The position numbers and the translations under genes were made by a program. Below are positions 25,968-37,830 of a stretch of DNA of 64,000 nt, piece after piece. Each line of letters starts with the position of its first letter. Position 1 is the stretch's first letter. The notes below the pieces were generated by a model that saw nothing but the letters and a program-made list of their open reading frames with translations, did not search any database and was not told the origin of the DNA. The DNA is from Anolis carolinensis (lineage: Eukaryota): assembly GCF_035594765.1 (NCBI RefSeq), contig NW_026943820.1:5960647-6024646 (forward strand), in the 5' to 3' direction.

Positions 25968-26408
25968 TCACAATTCAGCAGCGTCCCAATCAAGAGAGTT
26001 AAACAGGCAGAGACGATGCATTGGACACCCAAGCACAAGTTGTCCTGATGGTACTCTGTTTGTTGGTGTCCGTTGAAGACTTCTCTTGCATTTTTTCCAT
26101 CGCACAAATGGTTTAGCAACCAATGCACCAAGCTTCTGATAACCACCTTTATCTCCAGCTTCTCCTCCAAACACCACACAGTACTTGCAGTGCAATTGTA
26201 CATGCAATGAGTAGGCTAACGAGGGAAATCTTCTGAACCATTTGTGTTGAAATCTTAGACGTCTCTTCTTATCAACAAATTCATATCCTGGCAATGGAGT
26301 CTGTGGATTTTGCACTAATTGAGCTTTCACTTGGTCATCAGAAACAGTCTTGCTCATATGTCCAAGATCTAACAATGACACAGCTTCTTGTCTTTGCTTC
26401 TGTTCCAT
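25968..26408 (-). pseudogene. Degraded hAT (Tip100/Zaphod-like) transposase N-terminus, TTF-type zinc finger
   Basis: RLRFQHKWFRRFPSLAYS..CKYCVVF..GALVAKPFVRWKK, then a frameshift to AREVFNGHQQTEYH. Confidence 0.7.
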
Positions 26409-26591
26409 GGTTTCTTTGGCAGGGCCTGGACTAGATTTATCAGTGGGAGATGCCCCCGTTTTCCAGTTTTCTCAGTTTTGGCCTGCAATCCCCCCCCCCC
26501 CCCCAATCCTGCACCTCAGGCTTTGCCTGCCAGCTACCACATTTTGGCAGCTTCCACTATGCCAGCTATTGCTGCTATTGCAATGTAAAAT

Positions 26592-26830
26592 GTTTTTTTT
26601 CCCCGTGTCAGGAGCGACTTGAGAAACTGCAAGTCGCTTCTAGTGTAAGAGAATTGGCTGTCTGCAAGGACGTTGCTCGGGTGTTGTACCATCCTGTGGG
26701 AGGCTTTTCTCATGTCACTGCATGGGAAATGAGCAGACATATAGGAGCTCACCCTGCTCCCCAGATTGCAACTGCCAGTCAGCAGTCCTGCCAGCACTAG
26801 GGTTTAACCCATTGCACCACCGGGGGCTCC
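26592..26830 (-). mobile_element. Anolis-type tRNA SINE (SINE2 family)
   Basis: ggagcccccggtggtgcaatgggttaaacc head; ...cgctcctgacacg + A tail. Confidence 0.8.
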
Positions 26831-26920
26831 TATATGTAAATTGATAGAAAGGTAGGCAATTATAGTGTGAATAATCAAAATTTGGTTGCTGTTCTGGAGG
26901 GACTCTAATTTTTGCTTATA

Positions 26921-27240
26921 CAGTAGAGTCTCACTTATCCAACACTCGCTTATCCAACATTCTGGACTATCCAACGCATTTTTGTAGTCAATGTTTTCAA
27001 TATATCATGATATTTTGGTGCTAAATTCGTAAATACAGTAATTACTACATAGCATAACTGTGTATTGAACTACTTTTTCTCTCAGATTTGTTATATAACA
27101 TGTTTTGGTGCTTAATTTGTAAAATCATAACCTAATTTAATGTTTAATAGGCTTTTCCTTAATCTCTCCTTATTATCCAACATATTCGCTTATCCAACGT
27201 GCTGCCAGCCCGTTTACGTTGGATAAGCGAGACTCTACTG
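26921..27240. mobile_element. Tc1/mariner-pogo MITE
   Basis: TIR cagtagagtctcRcttatccaac; TA TSD. Confidence 0.9.
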
Positions 27241-27392
27241 TAATAGACTTGGCAGGGGGCTTTGCTTAACCAGTTAAAATTCGTGTGTAAACCAATGCTT
27301 TTTTTTGTTTGACCTGGGAAATTTTGGGGATGGTTTGAACCCCTAAAGCACCCCCTTGGGAACGGGCTTGTGTTTGGATTGTTTTGTGTGTG

Positions 27393-27660
27393 TGTGTCAG
27401 GAATGCTGCAAGTTGCTTCTGGTGTGAGAGAATTGGCCGTCTGCAAGGACGTTGCCCAGGGGACATTGCCCAGATATTTTGATGTTTTTACCATCCTTCT
27501 GGGAGGCTTCTTTTATGTCACCGCATGAAGCTGGAGCTGATAAAGGGAGCTGTCTCCCCAGGGTGGATTCGAACCGGCAACCTTCAGGTCAGCAGCCCAA
27601 CCTTCAAGTCATCAGTCCTGCGAGCACAACGGTTCAATCCACTGCATCACTGGGGCCTCC
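27393..27660 (-). mobile_element. SINE2 copy abutting the NUDT19 promoter
   Basis: Same family as 26592, 52497 and 58381. Confidence 0.8.
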
Positions 27661-27679
27661 TTTGTGCTTGGATGAAAAG

Positions 27680-28560
27680 GAGTCACGCAGGCGCCTGGGC
27701 TGCAACAGCCCGACCGCTAGGGGTCGCTGGAGAGCAGCGTGGTCTGAGCGCGGAGGGTGTCGCGGGGCGATGACGCACGTCCGTGGGCCTCAGCCTGGGG
27801 AGCGGGATGGCGCCCCGGTCGCGGCCTTGGCGTGAGGCGGCGACGGTGCTGCTGGCGGCCGGGGGCGGCGCTGGCGGGGCCTCTCCGCGCGGCTGCGACT
27901 ACCGGGTGCTGCTCCTCCGCCGGAGCCCCCGCAGCGCCTTCATGCCGAGCGCGCACGTCTTCCCGGGCGGCGTGGCGGACGCGGCGGACTTCTCCCCGGA
28001 GTGGTGGACGGTGCTGCCGGGCCCGGCGCCGTTGTGCGGCCTCCGCCCGAAGAGAGGCCCAAGGGCGCCGCTCTTCGCCGCCGAGCGCCCCGAGCTGGGC
28101 CAGGCCTTGCCCGGAGACCTGGCCTTCCGCCTCTGCGCCATCCGGGAGACCTTCGAGGAGGCCGGCCTGCTCCTCCTGGCCGAGCCGGACCAGGCCCAAG
28201 CCGCCATCGAGGCCTTCTCATCTTCGGAAGGGCCGGCCCCGTGCGTGCTTCCCCCGGAGCGGCTCCCGCTGCCGGGCCCGGAGCTGGCCGAGTGGCGGCG
28301 GCGCGTGCAGAGGCAGCCGAGCCTCTTCCTGGCGCTGTGCCGGCGCCTGGGCCTCGTGCCCAACATCTGGGCCCTGAGCGAGTGGAGCAACTGGCTCACG
28401 CCCCGCGCCCTGGCCGGGAAGGGCGGGCGGAGGTACGACACCGCCTTCTTCCTCTGCTGCCTCGCCCACGCGGCCCCCGAGCACCCCCACGGCGCCCACG
28501 AGCCCGACGGAGACGGAGAGGTCACCGCCTGCCAGGTGAGAGACGTCCTGACAGGGTTGC
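27680..28560. promoter_or_regulatory. CpG island covering NUDT19 promoter and exon 1
   Basis: Very high GC and CpG density. Confidence 0.8.
27807..28535 (+). CDS. NUDT19: NUDT19 exon 1 (Nudix acyl-CoA diphosphatase)
   Basis: WREAATVLLAAG, FMPSAHVFPGG, Nudix box AIRETFEEAG, WLTP, RRYDTAFF; donor CAG|GTGAGA. Confidence 0.93.
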
Positions 28561-28664
28561 TGGGGGGTTTTCAGGCAGTGTGGCCATGTGCCAGCATCTG
28601 TGGCAAGGTTTTATAAATGAAATCAAAATCTAGTTACCAGTGTTTAAAAGAGCACCAGAATCAA

Positions 28665-28906
28665 TCTATATATATAAAAGGGTAATGACATTTCGGCCTA
28701 GGACAAAACAACAAAACTACACATCCCAGAAACACTAAGCTTGGCAGCACAACCCCTCATCCATGCCTCTACTTTCATACAACAAAAAGCTCCAGCTACT
28801 CCAGAAAACGGCCGGGCTTTGAGACTGCAAGGCTATTCACTGCTATTCCACCTGGCCAACAAAGGATTCCCATAAGCCACAGCAACGCATGGCCGGGCAA
28901 AGCTAG
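28665..28906 (+). mobile_element. Non-autonomous Helitron
   Basis: A|TC 5' end (tctatatatataaaa), subterminal hairpin gcca...tggc, CTAG|T 3' end, no TSD. Confidence 0.75.
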
Positions 28907-28974
28907 TACAATATAATAATAATAATAATAATAATAATTATTATTATTATTATTTTTGTACCCCGCCTCCCTTC

Positions 28975-29194
28975 TGTCAACCTAGCAGTTCGAAAACATG
29001 CCAATGTGAGTAGACCAATAGGTACTGCTCCGGCGGGAAGGTAACGGTGCTCCATGCAGTCATGCCAGTGGCCACATGACCTTGGAGGTGTCTACAGACA
29101 ACGCCGGCTCTTCGGCTTAGAAATGGAGATGAACACCAACCCCCAGAGTCAGACATGACTGGACTTGACATCAGGGGAAACCTTTACCTTTTAC
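28975..29194 (+). mobile_element. Sauria SINE, 5'-truncated
   Basis: Same core and tail as the copy at 1190. Confidence 0.85.
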
Positions 29195-29524
29195 CCCGCC
29201 TCCATCTCCCCGTGGGGACTCGGGGCGGCTTACAAATACAGAACAAAGTACAGTAACATCAAATACCAAACAACGCGCAAATGAATTTTTTAAAAAAAAA
29301 CATAAATAAAATGACCACCATTAATAAAACACAAGTTAAAATACAGCAATAGAATCATACAAATGAGCTGGGCAAAAGTTCACTAAGTAAGACTTGTAAA
29401 CATGGTGGAAGTTAAAGTGCTATAAGATCATAGGGGGTGAACCCTGAGGCTAGTGCGGGAAGTTTATCATAAAAATGGGCAGTACAATATCTAGTGTAAT
29501 TCTATGATTCTAATTCTTCAAAAC

Positions 29525-30555
29525 CAGTGGTTCCCAAACTTTTTTTGACTAGAGACCACTCTCCAACATTAATGCAAAAAGGTAAAGGTACAGATTTTCC
29601 CCCTGACATTAAGTCTAGTCGTGTCCGACTCTGTGGATTGGTGCTCATCTCCATTTCTAAGCCAAAGAGCCAGCGTTGTCCATAGATGCCTCCAAGGTCA
29701 TGTGGCCAGCATGGCTGCATGGAGCACCGTTACCTTCCCGCTGGAGTGGTACATGTTGATCTACTCAGTTGCATGTTTTCGAACAGCTAGGTTGGCAGAA
29801 GCTGGGGCTAACAGCGGAAGCTTACCCCACTCCCTGGATTGAACCGCCGACCTTTCAGTCAGCAAGTTCAGCAGCTACCAGGGGCCTTTTTACAAATCAG
29901 TTTTTGGCCAACTTTAGATTGGGTTTGGTTATTTGGGGTGCCGATTCAGAAAATTGCATTGGATAGACCACATCAGCTCTAGTTTCTGATACAGAACATA
30001 TGCCATCCAGTAATCGCCATCTGCTCGCCTACAGAAAACCATATTCAATAATCTAGAGTTGATGTGGTCTTTCCAATGCAATTTTCTGAATCGGCGCCCC
30101 AAATAACCCCAGAAACCGGCCTAAAAGAGAAGATACCAAGAAAAAAACTTTTGGTTGGGCTGTGCTGTTATCTGTAGATTTTCTTAACGCTTGTGTAAAA
30201 AAAAAGAAGGGGAGGTTGAAAAAAATACAAAAAGCAGAACGCGAGACCCAAGTAACTTTCCCTAATGGCTGCAATAATAATAATTACTTTGGGGGACTAA
30301 ACAGGGTCTTAGAAAGGGCTGCTTTCCCCTTACAACTGATGTGTGGCAATGGGAGCTAAAAACAACAACAATAACTTTGGGGGATTCTCCTTTTTTCTCT
30401 CGTTCCCTGGTGTCTCCTTCCTTCCTTCTCTCCCTCTCTTTCGCTCTCCTCCAATGACAACATGCGCACTCCTGCATGTGCGCAGTTACAGTTTTCTCCT
30501 GCATGTCTCGTGGACATTATTTTAGGTCTCACGGCCCATGGGTTAGGAACCACTG
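29525..30555. mobile_element. Non-autonomous hAT element with a nested Sauria SINE (about 29580-29885, minus)
   Basis: TIR cagtggttcc; perfect 8-bp TSD ttcaaaac. Confidence 0.85.
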
Positions 30556-30872
30556 TTCAAAACAGAATGAACTCTGACTTTAAAGTGACCTCAGGGACAC
30601 AGAATGCCGTTTTAAGCAAATAGGAAGATATTGTGTACCTTTAAGTCAATTCTAATCTATGGCAATCTTATCAGAGGGTTTCTTGGCAACATTTATTCAG
30701 ATGAAGTTTTTTTTTTCATTTCCTTCCTCTAAAGCTGAGAGTAGGTGACTTGTCCAAACTCACCCAGTGATTTTCCATTGTTGAAATACAATTAAACAAT
30801 CAAAATGATTTAAATATGTCTCATTTGGAACTACAGACTATGGAGATTATCTAAAGCTTCTTTCTTTTTCAG

Positions 30873-31080
30873 TGGTCCTCACCCTCAGAAGCTTTTGAAC
30901 TGTTTAAGTCTCAAGACATCTGGATAGCACCACCACAGTTCTATGAGTTATGCAGACTTGGCAATTTCTCAACACTTCATGATCTGCACACTTTTGGCTC
31001 TGAGCGAGCTTTAGAAGGATGTGAACGCTGGATGCCTGTTGTGTTGGTTGCTTCAGACGGCCAGATACATATTTTACCAG
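30873..31080 (+). CDS. NUDT19: NUDT19 exon 2
   Basis: WSSPSEAFELFKSQDIWIAPPQFYELCRL...GCERWMPVV...ILP; AG/GT. Confidence 0.95.
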
Positions 31081-31464
31081 GTAGATGAAATGGTGTTTGG
31101 TTAGTTATTTAAGTTGTGATAAGAGTTTATTTACTATCTTCAGGTTTATTAATAATAATAATAATAATAAACTTGATTTATACCCCGCCACCATCTCACC
31201 GCGGGGAATCGGGGCGGCTTACATGGGGCAAAGCCCAACCAACATAATTAAACGAAAACAGTAGCATAAATACATACACAATATACAAAAGATACAAAAG
31301 ATTTATGCATGTGTATTGATTGAGAGCCTGTGAAAAATAGTTTCAAACCACTTCTGAGACTTTACAAGCTTTCATCTTGCTACCTGAAGGCAAAATTACA
31401 AGAGGTACCTAGAATGAGGATAACTAAAATATTAATTTATATATAATTTCTTCTCTTTTTTTAG

Positions 31465-31700
31465 GTGATGAGCTATACCCAGAAGACCCTGATCTCACAG
31501 GAGAAAGGAAACCAGTTTTGACATCCAATAAAAAGATCGAAGAACTAATGAAAGGGGTGAAGAAACTTCATCGAATGGTGCTACGAGACCCTCGTAATAT
31601 TAGTGTCCATGTGAACATCCAACAAAAATACAAACATATCAATCCACGACTTCTGGATTCTAAAAATGGAAATGGTGCAGACTGTAATAGCAAATTATAA
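31465..31700 (+). CDS. NUDT19: NUDT19 exon 3, ends in peroxisomal PTS1 SKL
   Basis: GDELYPEDPD...LHRMVL...NSKL*; joined CDS 390 aa in frame. Confidence 0.95.
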
Positions 31701-32529
31701 TATTTTTCTATATTATTCTAGGTATTGGTATTACAAAAATAGTTAATATATTTTTATATATGACAACCCATATGGCAGCTCAGGGTGCTTGTGCCATTTT
31801 ACTTAACATGCCTCAAGCTTGCTGCAAATGATATAGCCTTCATTTTTCTGCTAAATGTTTGTGCAAATGTGACAATTCTGGACCTTACTAATTTTAACTT
31901 AATTTATACATTTATGTATTGAGATCACTAAAGTGCCAGCATGGCAATATTTTGCCACAAACAAGGCCATACATCAGTATCGGGATAAGATGAAATAATT
32001 TAGTATCAAAATAGTTCAATATCTTAAACTACGCTAGTTTTTAACTCAAAGTATAGAGACACATCAGCTTGTTAAACTCACTGTGTTCGTTCACATTTGC
32101 TTTTAAGGATTCCGATCTTACAGATCCAGTTAAGTTCAATTGACTACTATTGATATAATACTCAGAAGTTCTACTTCTGAAACTGGAAAGCACTTTGATG
32201 GACATACGAACTTGTGTCATACTGTCCGGTTGTGACCTTATAAAGTGAATATTATTTCATGTTATTTGTGCAATATTTTTAATTCCTGTATTTATTCAAT
32301 ATTTCAATTTCAGCAATGCCAAATTATATATATTGGAAAATTAGCCATTTGGCGTGACTCTTAATTTATTGTTTGCTTGAACAGTTGTTTAAAAATAAAT
32401 ATTAATTTTCAGTAACTTTTTTTTTCTATTGACTACTTTCGTCATTGTTAAAATGAGCTGAGTCGTGGTACACTTTTCTGAAGCTTACATTATTTCCAGA
32501 TTAGGAATATAGCATGAATATATCCCAAT

Positions 32530-33128
32530 AGCAATCCCAGTAACAACCACGTAGGGGCACCTCACCTATCAACAGCCAAAACAGTAACATCATGGAGGGC
32601 CACTTCACCTAGCAACAGTCAATCCGTGGCCTAGCATCAGCTTAACAAATAGCATCACGGAGAGCCACTTCACCTAGGAACCGTCAATCTAGTAATATCA
32701 GATAGGGTCACTTCACCTAACAGCCAAAACTAACATCATGGAGGGCCACTTCACCTTGCAAGTCAATCCATGGCTTAGCATCAGTAAAACATAGCATAAC
32801 AGTGGGCCACTTCACCTAGTAATCAACCTAGTAATATTAGACAGGGCCACTTCACCTAACAGCCAAAACTAACAGCATGGAGGGCCACTTCACCTAGCAA
32901 GTCAATCCATGGCTTAGCATCAGTAAAACAAATAGCATAACAGTGGGCCACTTCACCTAGTAACAATCAACCTAGTAATATCAGGCAGGGCCACTTCACC
33001 TAGCAACAGCCAAACCAGCAACACCACGGATGAGCACTTCACATAGCAAGTCAACCCAAATAATCAGAGAGGGGCACTTTACCTAGCAACAGCCAATCCA
33101 GTAACATCAGACAGGGTCACTCCACTTG
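32530..33128 (+). repeat. Tandem array, 13 cores of gggccacttcacctag, ~140-bp trimeric higher-order unit
   Basis: Core spacing alternates roughly 40/40/62 bp. Confidence 0.9.
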
Positions 33129-33169
33129 AGATGCAGCGTTCTTACTAGCTTTGCCATCATCCTTCATCC

Positions 33170-33600
33170 CTTTCCCCGCGCTTTTCACCAGGGAGAGAGA
33201 AAGAGATTGGCGAAAGTGGCGCTTTCCACCGCCAAGAATGCGGGGGGGATGTCTTAACCTTCCCCCTCTTCCTTTGTACCAAAAAGGACGCGAAGAACAC
33301 CAGGAAAAGTGCTTTAGAAATTAGTATCCGTAGGAACAAGGCCTCGGTGCCTTTTTTTTTCTTCAAGCGGGAAAGAAACGGACGGCCGTCACCGTCAATC
33401 CCCCCCCTCCCGGGTGAGAAGTGGTAGCGCCCGACTCCTAACAGGCTACTTACTTCAAGCGCGGGGAAAGAGGGAGTCATTGCGCATGCGTGCGTTGTGA
33501 GGGCAGCCTCCTCGTGCTGGACGAGACGCTGACATTCGGGCATTAGGGGCGGTTGGGGGCCACGCATGCGCACGAGGGACGGACGTTGGCAGGTAAGGGA
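33170..33600 (+). promoter_or_regulatory. TDRD12: TDRD12 CpG promoter and non-coding exon 1 (donor after 33592); two inverted NRF1-type motifs
   Basis: TGCGCATGCGTG 33481-33492 and CACGCATGCGCA 33561-33572; CAG|GTAAGG donor. Confidence 0.7.
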
Positions 33601-33884
33601 GGGGGTGCTGTTTTTCCTTCTGAGGGGAAGAAACAAGTCCTTCAGAGCAGGAAAAGTTCCTAAATACGTTCCCACAGTTTGGAGAGATATTAATTCTACA
33701 GCTCCCAGGTGTGGTTCTGGGAATCCCATGTTCAAGAAAGGTTTATTTTCCAAACTTTCCCTCTTTTGAGGCGAAATAGGCCCACTTCAAGATAAATTTA
33801 GCATTCAGTTTCGTGTGAGGAAGGAGGTTTTAGCAATTACACCAAACTGGGAATATATATGTTTTTTTCTAGTCAAATTGAGGG

Positions 33885-35670
33885 TTTGGTTGCTGTGAGT
33901 CTTCCAGGCTGTGTGGCCATGTTCCAGAAGCATTCTCTCCTGACGTTTCGCCCACATCTATGGCAGGTATCCTCAGAGGTTGTGAGATCTATTGGAAACG
34001 AGGCAACTGGGGTTTATATATCTGTGGGAAAGTCCAGACTTTTGTCTGTTTGTGGCAAGTGTGAATGTTGCAATTGGCCACCTTGATTAGCTTTGAATAG
34101 CCGTGCAGCTTCAATGCCTGGCTGCGTCCTGCCCGGGGGAAATCTTTGTTGGGAGGTGTTAGCTGGCTCTGAACAGCAAATATTATTTACAGTAGAGTCT
34201 CGCTTATCCAACGTAAACAGGCCGGCAGAACGTTGGATAAGCGAATATGTTGGATAATAAGGAGAGATCAAGGAAAATAATAATAATAATAATAATAATA
34301 TTTTATTTTTGTACCCCGCCACCATCTTCCCAGAGGGACTCGGGGCGGCTTACAGATATAAAACCAGCATACAGTAATATCAAATACAAGCCTATTAAAC
34401 ATCAAATTAGGTTAGGATTTTACAACTTAAGCACCAAAACATCATGTTATACAACAAATTTGACAGAAAAAGTAGTTCAATACACAGTAATGCTATGTAG
34501 TAATTACTATATTTACAAATTTAGCACCAAAATATCATGATGTATTGAAAACATTGACTACAAAAATGTGTTGGATAATCCAGAACGTTGGATAAGCGAG
34601 TGTTGGATAAGTGAGACTCTACTGTATTATTTATTTGCTACATTTATATGCCGCCCTTCTCACCCCGCAGGGGACTCAGAGCAGCTTACAAATTAAATTT
34701 ACATACAATATTATATTATTAGCATAGGACAATACTGGTAATAAATTACTATATTATACTGTATCAATATATTGTAATATTATTAGTAATATTACATGTA
34801 AAATATAATATATAATTAATATTATTATATTGTATTAGTATTATATCGTATTATTAAATAAAGAACAACACTCTGAAAACAGGAATTACAGACATGGATC
34901 AATCAGAGGCAGCTAACACCTCCCAACAAAGGATTCCCCCCAGCAGGAATGAAGCTTGCAAGGCCATTAATGCTAGTCAGGGTGATTGACGCTTCGAATT
35001 GTGTGATTTTAACTGTTCTTACTTGCGATGTTTTAAATGCTATGGGCTTGATCATGTTTAACACTGTGTTCATTGTTTGTATATTATATTGTAAACTGCT
35101 TTGGGTCCCCTAGGGGAGGAAGGCAGTATATAAATGATGTAATTAAGTAATTAATTAATTACAATATTCACACTGGCCTCCAACAGATAAGAATTCTTTC
35201 TCTCACCCTGGACCTTCCACAGATAAATAAACAAATCTTCCTTGCTTAGTTTTCCAATATACCTCACAACCTCTGAGGATGCCTCTCATAGATGTGGGTG
35301 AAACATCAGGAGATAATGCTTCTGGAATGTGGCCATACAGCCCAGAAAATGCACAACAACCCAGTGATTCCAGCCATGAAAGCCTTCGACAACACACTGG
35401 CTCTGATCGTTTTTTGACTGGAATTCCCCTGTTTTGGAGTGTTGTTCTTTATTTACTGTCCTGATTTTAGAGGGTTTTTTTAAAATACTGGGAGCCAGAT
35501 TTTGTTCATTTTCATGGTTTCCTCCTTTCTGTTGAAATTGTGTATGGATGGATGCCTGTTATAGATGTGGGCAAAACGTCAGGTGTTGAATGATTCTGGA
35601 ACATGGCCATACAGCCCGGAAAACTCACAGCAACCCAGTGATTCTCGCCATGAAAGCCTTTGACAACACA
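33885..35670. mobile_element. Nested cluster: Penelope-like pseudo-LTRs in both orientations plus a Tc1 MITE (34190-34624) and L2-type tails
   Basis: 33890-34170 is inverted relative to 34900-35350; MITE TIRs with TA TSD. Confidence 0.75.
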
Positions 35671-36021
35671 TTGTAAAGCTATATCTCCATACACTTGATC
35701 CTAATCCTCCTCCAGGTCCACCTCCGCTGCTCCCATGAAACTCACCATCTGTACTTTAAAAGAGTACACTTGCACTTCCTTAGTGCTTCTTTATTGCCAA
35801 TAGTGTCTTTGCTCTTCCAGTTTTATGCAAAAACATGTCTTTTTGTTAATTAATATATCTTGACTTTCAGAATTCATGATTTCTTTGCTTAGTTCTTTTA
35901 TAATTTACCAGATTACATTGAAAACCTTTTTTGTATATGTTAAGGGATTCATTTTGAGAATGAAGTTTACTAATGTCCTGATTTGTTGTATTTTCAGACT
36001 TGCATATAAAGCTAGAAGAAA

Positions 36022-36045
36022 ATGTTTGAAGTCTTTATAATAAAG
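36022..36045 (+). CDS. TDRD12: TDRD12 first coding exon (exon starts 35998)
   Basis: MFEVFIIK, comparable to human MLQLLVLK; ttttcag acceptor, GT donor. Confidence 0.8.
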
Positions 36046-36163
36046 GTATTATGATTTTTCTAAATATTGCAAATGTATATGTGGAACACAGTTTGAGTAT
36101 AATGATGACTGTTAATGACCTTGCAGTGTTTTAATATATCTAAAACACTTGCTTATTTACTAG

Positions 36164-36325
36164 ATTGAAAGCCCAGACTGCTTTTGGGGCAGCATAAAAG
36201 GAGGTGGAAATTTTGTAGACAATGAAATGGCATATAAAAAGCTTCAGTTTGAGATGAATCAGTTCTATAATCTAACACATAGAGGCCTGGATGAAGTCAA
36301 ACCATCAGTATTGAAAGAGGGACAG
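36164..36325 (+). CDS. TDRD12: TDRD12 exon (extended Tudor 1)
   Basis: IESPDCFWGSIKG...YKKLQFEMNQFYN...LKEGQ. Confidence 0.93.
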
Positions 36326-36562
36326 GTAATTTTCTGTATTGAATTTGTTTTGATGAATATGAAGTTGAGGAGGGGAGGGAATGAAAATTAATGTTGGAAT
36401 ATTAGTATTTATGTTTCCGGAAACATGTTGAACTGCTCTTTTTTTGAGTAAATGTGTGTGTGTAGGAACCAAGGCTTATTCTTTCCCTGTTATTTCTGCC
36501 CATGAACATTGTGTTTCATAACTGAGATATATCTATATATAATTTTGTTAATGTACAACATA

Positions 36563-36812
36563 ACCCGGGCAGCGAAGTGAGCGCCCACTGTTAACCCCAG
36601 CTTCTGCCAACCTAGCAGTTTGAAAACATGCAAAGGTGAGTAGATCAATAGGTACCGTTCCGGAAGGAAAGTAACGGCGCTCCATGCAGTCATGCCGGCC
36701 ACATGACCTTGGAGGTGTCTACGGACAACGCCGGCTCTTCGGCTTAGAAATGGAGATGAGCACCAACCCCTGGAGTCGGACACGATACCAGGGGAAAACC
36801 TTTCCTTTAACC
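36563..36812 (+). mobile_element. Sauria SINE, 5'-truncated
   Basis: Family core sequence. Confidence 0.85.
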
Positions 36813-36840
36813 TACAACATATCACATGTTTCTTTTTCAG

Positions 36841-36977
36841 GTTTGTGTTGTTTATTCCCAGGAGGAGAACTCCTGGTGCAGAGCAATTGTTGAATCAATA
36901 ATTTCATGTACAGATAATTACCTGGCAGAATGTTTCCTTGTGGACTATGCCAAGAACATTCCTGTGAAAGCAGAGAA
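36841..36977 (+). CDS. TDRD12: TDRD12 exon (Tudor 1 core)
   Basis: [20 protein letters not shown]...[17 protein letters not shown]. Confidence 0.95.
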
Positions 36978-37363
36978 GTATGTAATTATTCTAAGTCAAA
37001 AAGTCAGTACTGGTATTGTGCATCATGCAACTTTGAAGATCAGAATAATATAAGTCAGATTACCTCAGTAGCCTATCTCATGTATTTGAGTTAGTGTTCT
37101 TCAAATGATGGATTGGTGCATTACAGTTAGAAACAGCTAGATAGATCCTAATGTGAACTTTTTCTGAGGACTTGGCTGGATAATCTTAGACAGATCATTG
37201 ATTTAGTACATCTTATTAAAGACGGGGAGAGGTAACAATGGCCTATTTCAAAGAGCTTTAAGAACAAGGCAAGCAAATATATCCATATGTAGGGTTTATA
37301 GTCTGCCTCTAAATGTTTTGAGTGGAGTGTAGTAATTCTGTTTTCTGCAATTTCTATTTTTAG

Positions 37364-37483
37364 GATTTGTTGTGCCTTAGAATCATTTATGAGATTGCCC
37401 TACAGAGCACAGAAGTTTAGATTATACCATATAAAACCTGTAACATTACGTGTCAACTACTATACCAACAATGCAGAGATAGT
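37364..37483 (+). CDS. TDRD12: TDRD12 exon
   Basis: [24 protein letters not shown]. Confidence 0.93.
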
Positions 37484-37774
37484 GTAAGTATGGTTTGTGA
37501 GAAATGATCATATTCTGCAGTCTTATGTCTTCTGTAGGATAAATTGCAGAACTGTATGTATGAGTTGCATTCCCTATAGTGGCAAATAGAATCTTCTCTG
37601 CATAACACTTCCCATTATGTTGAATTATCTCATTGTATATCTGCCAGAACACCATGCTTTTTTACTTTTATCTTTCTATTTTTTATAATTTGTAAAACAA
37701 GGTGAAGTGAGAAAATGCTTAATAAATGTAAAAAATGTTTTTTTAAGTTTTAACAATGCTTTGCTTTTTTGTAG

Positions 37775-37830
37775 TCCTGCTACTAAATGGAATATTGCGG
37801 CTATCCGGTATTTCCAAGACCTCTTGGATG
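37775..37830 (+). CDS. TDRD12: TDRD12 exon
   Basis: PATKWNIAAIRYFQDLLD. Confidence 0.92.

Noticed and set aside
27717-28633. Multiple 160-210-aa alternative-frame ORFs over NUDT19 exon 1
   Set aside because: Stop-poor CpG island; only the Nudix frame has homology
32530-33128. CRISPR-like appearance (constant core plus variable spacers)
   Set aside because: Eukaryotic context, spacers are themselves repeated in a higher-order pattern, and there are no cas genes; it is a minisatellite
33157-33753. 198-aa minus-strand ORF over the TDRD12 promoter
   Set aside because: Non-ATG start, GC-rich promoter sequence, no homology
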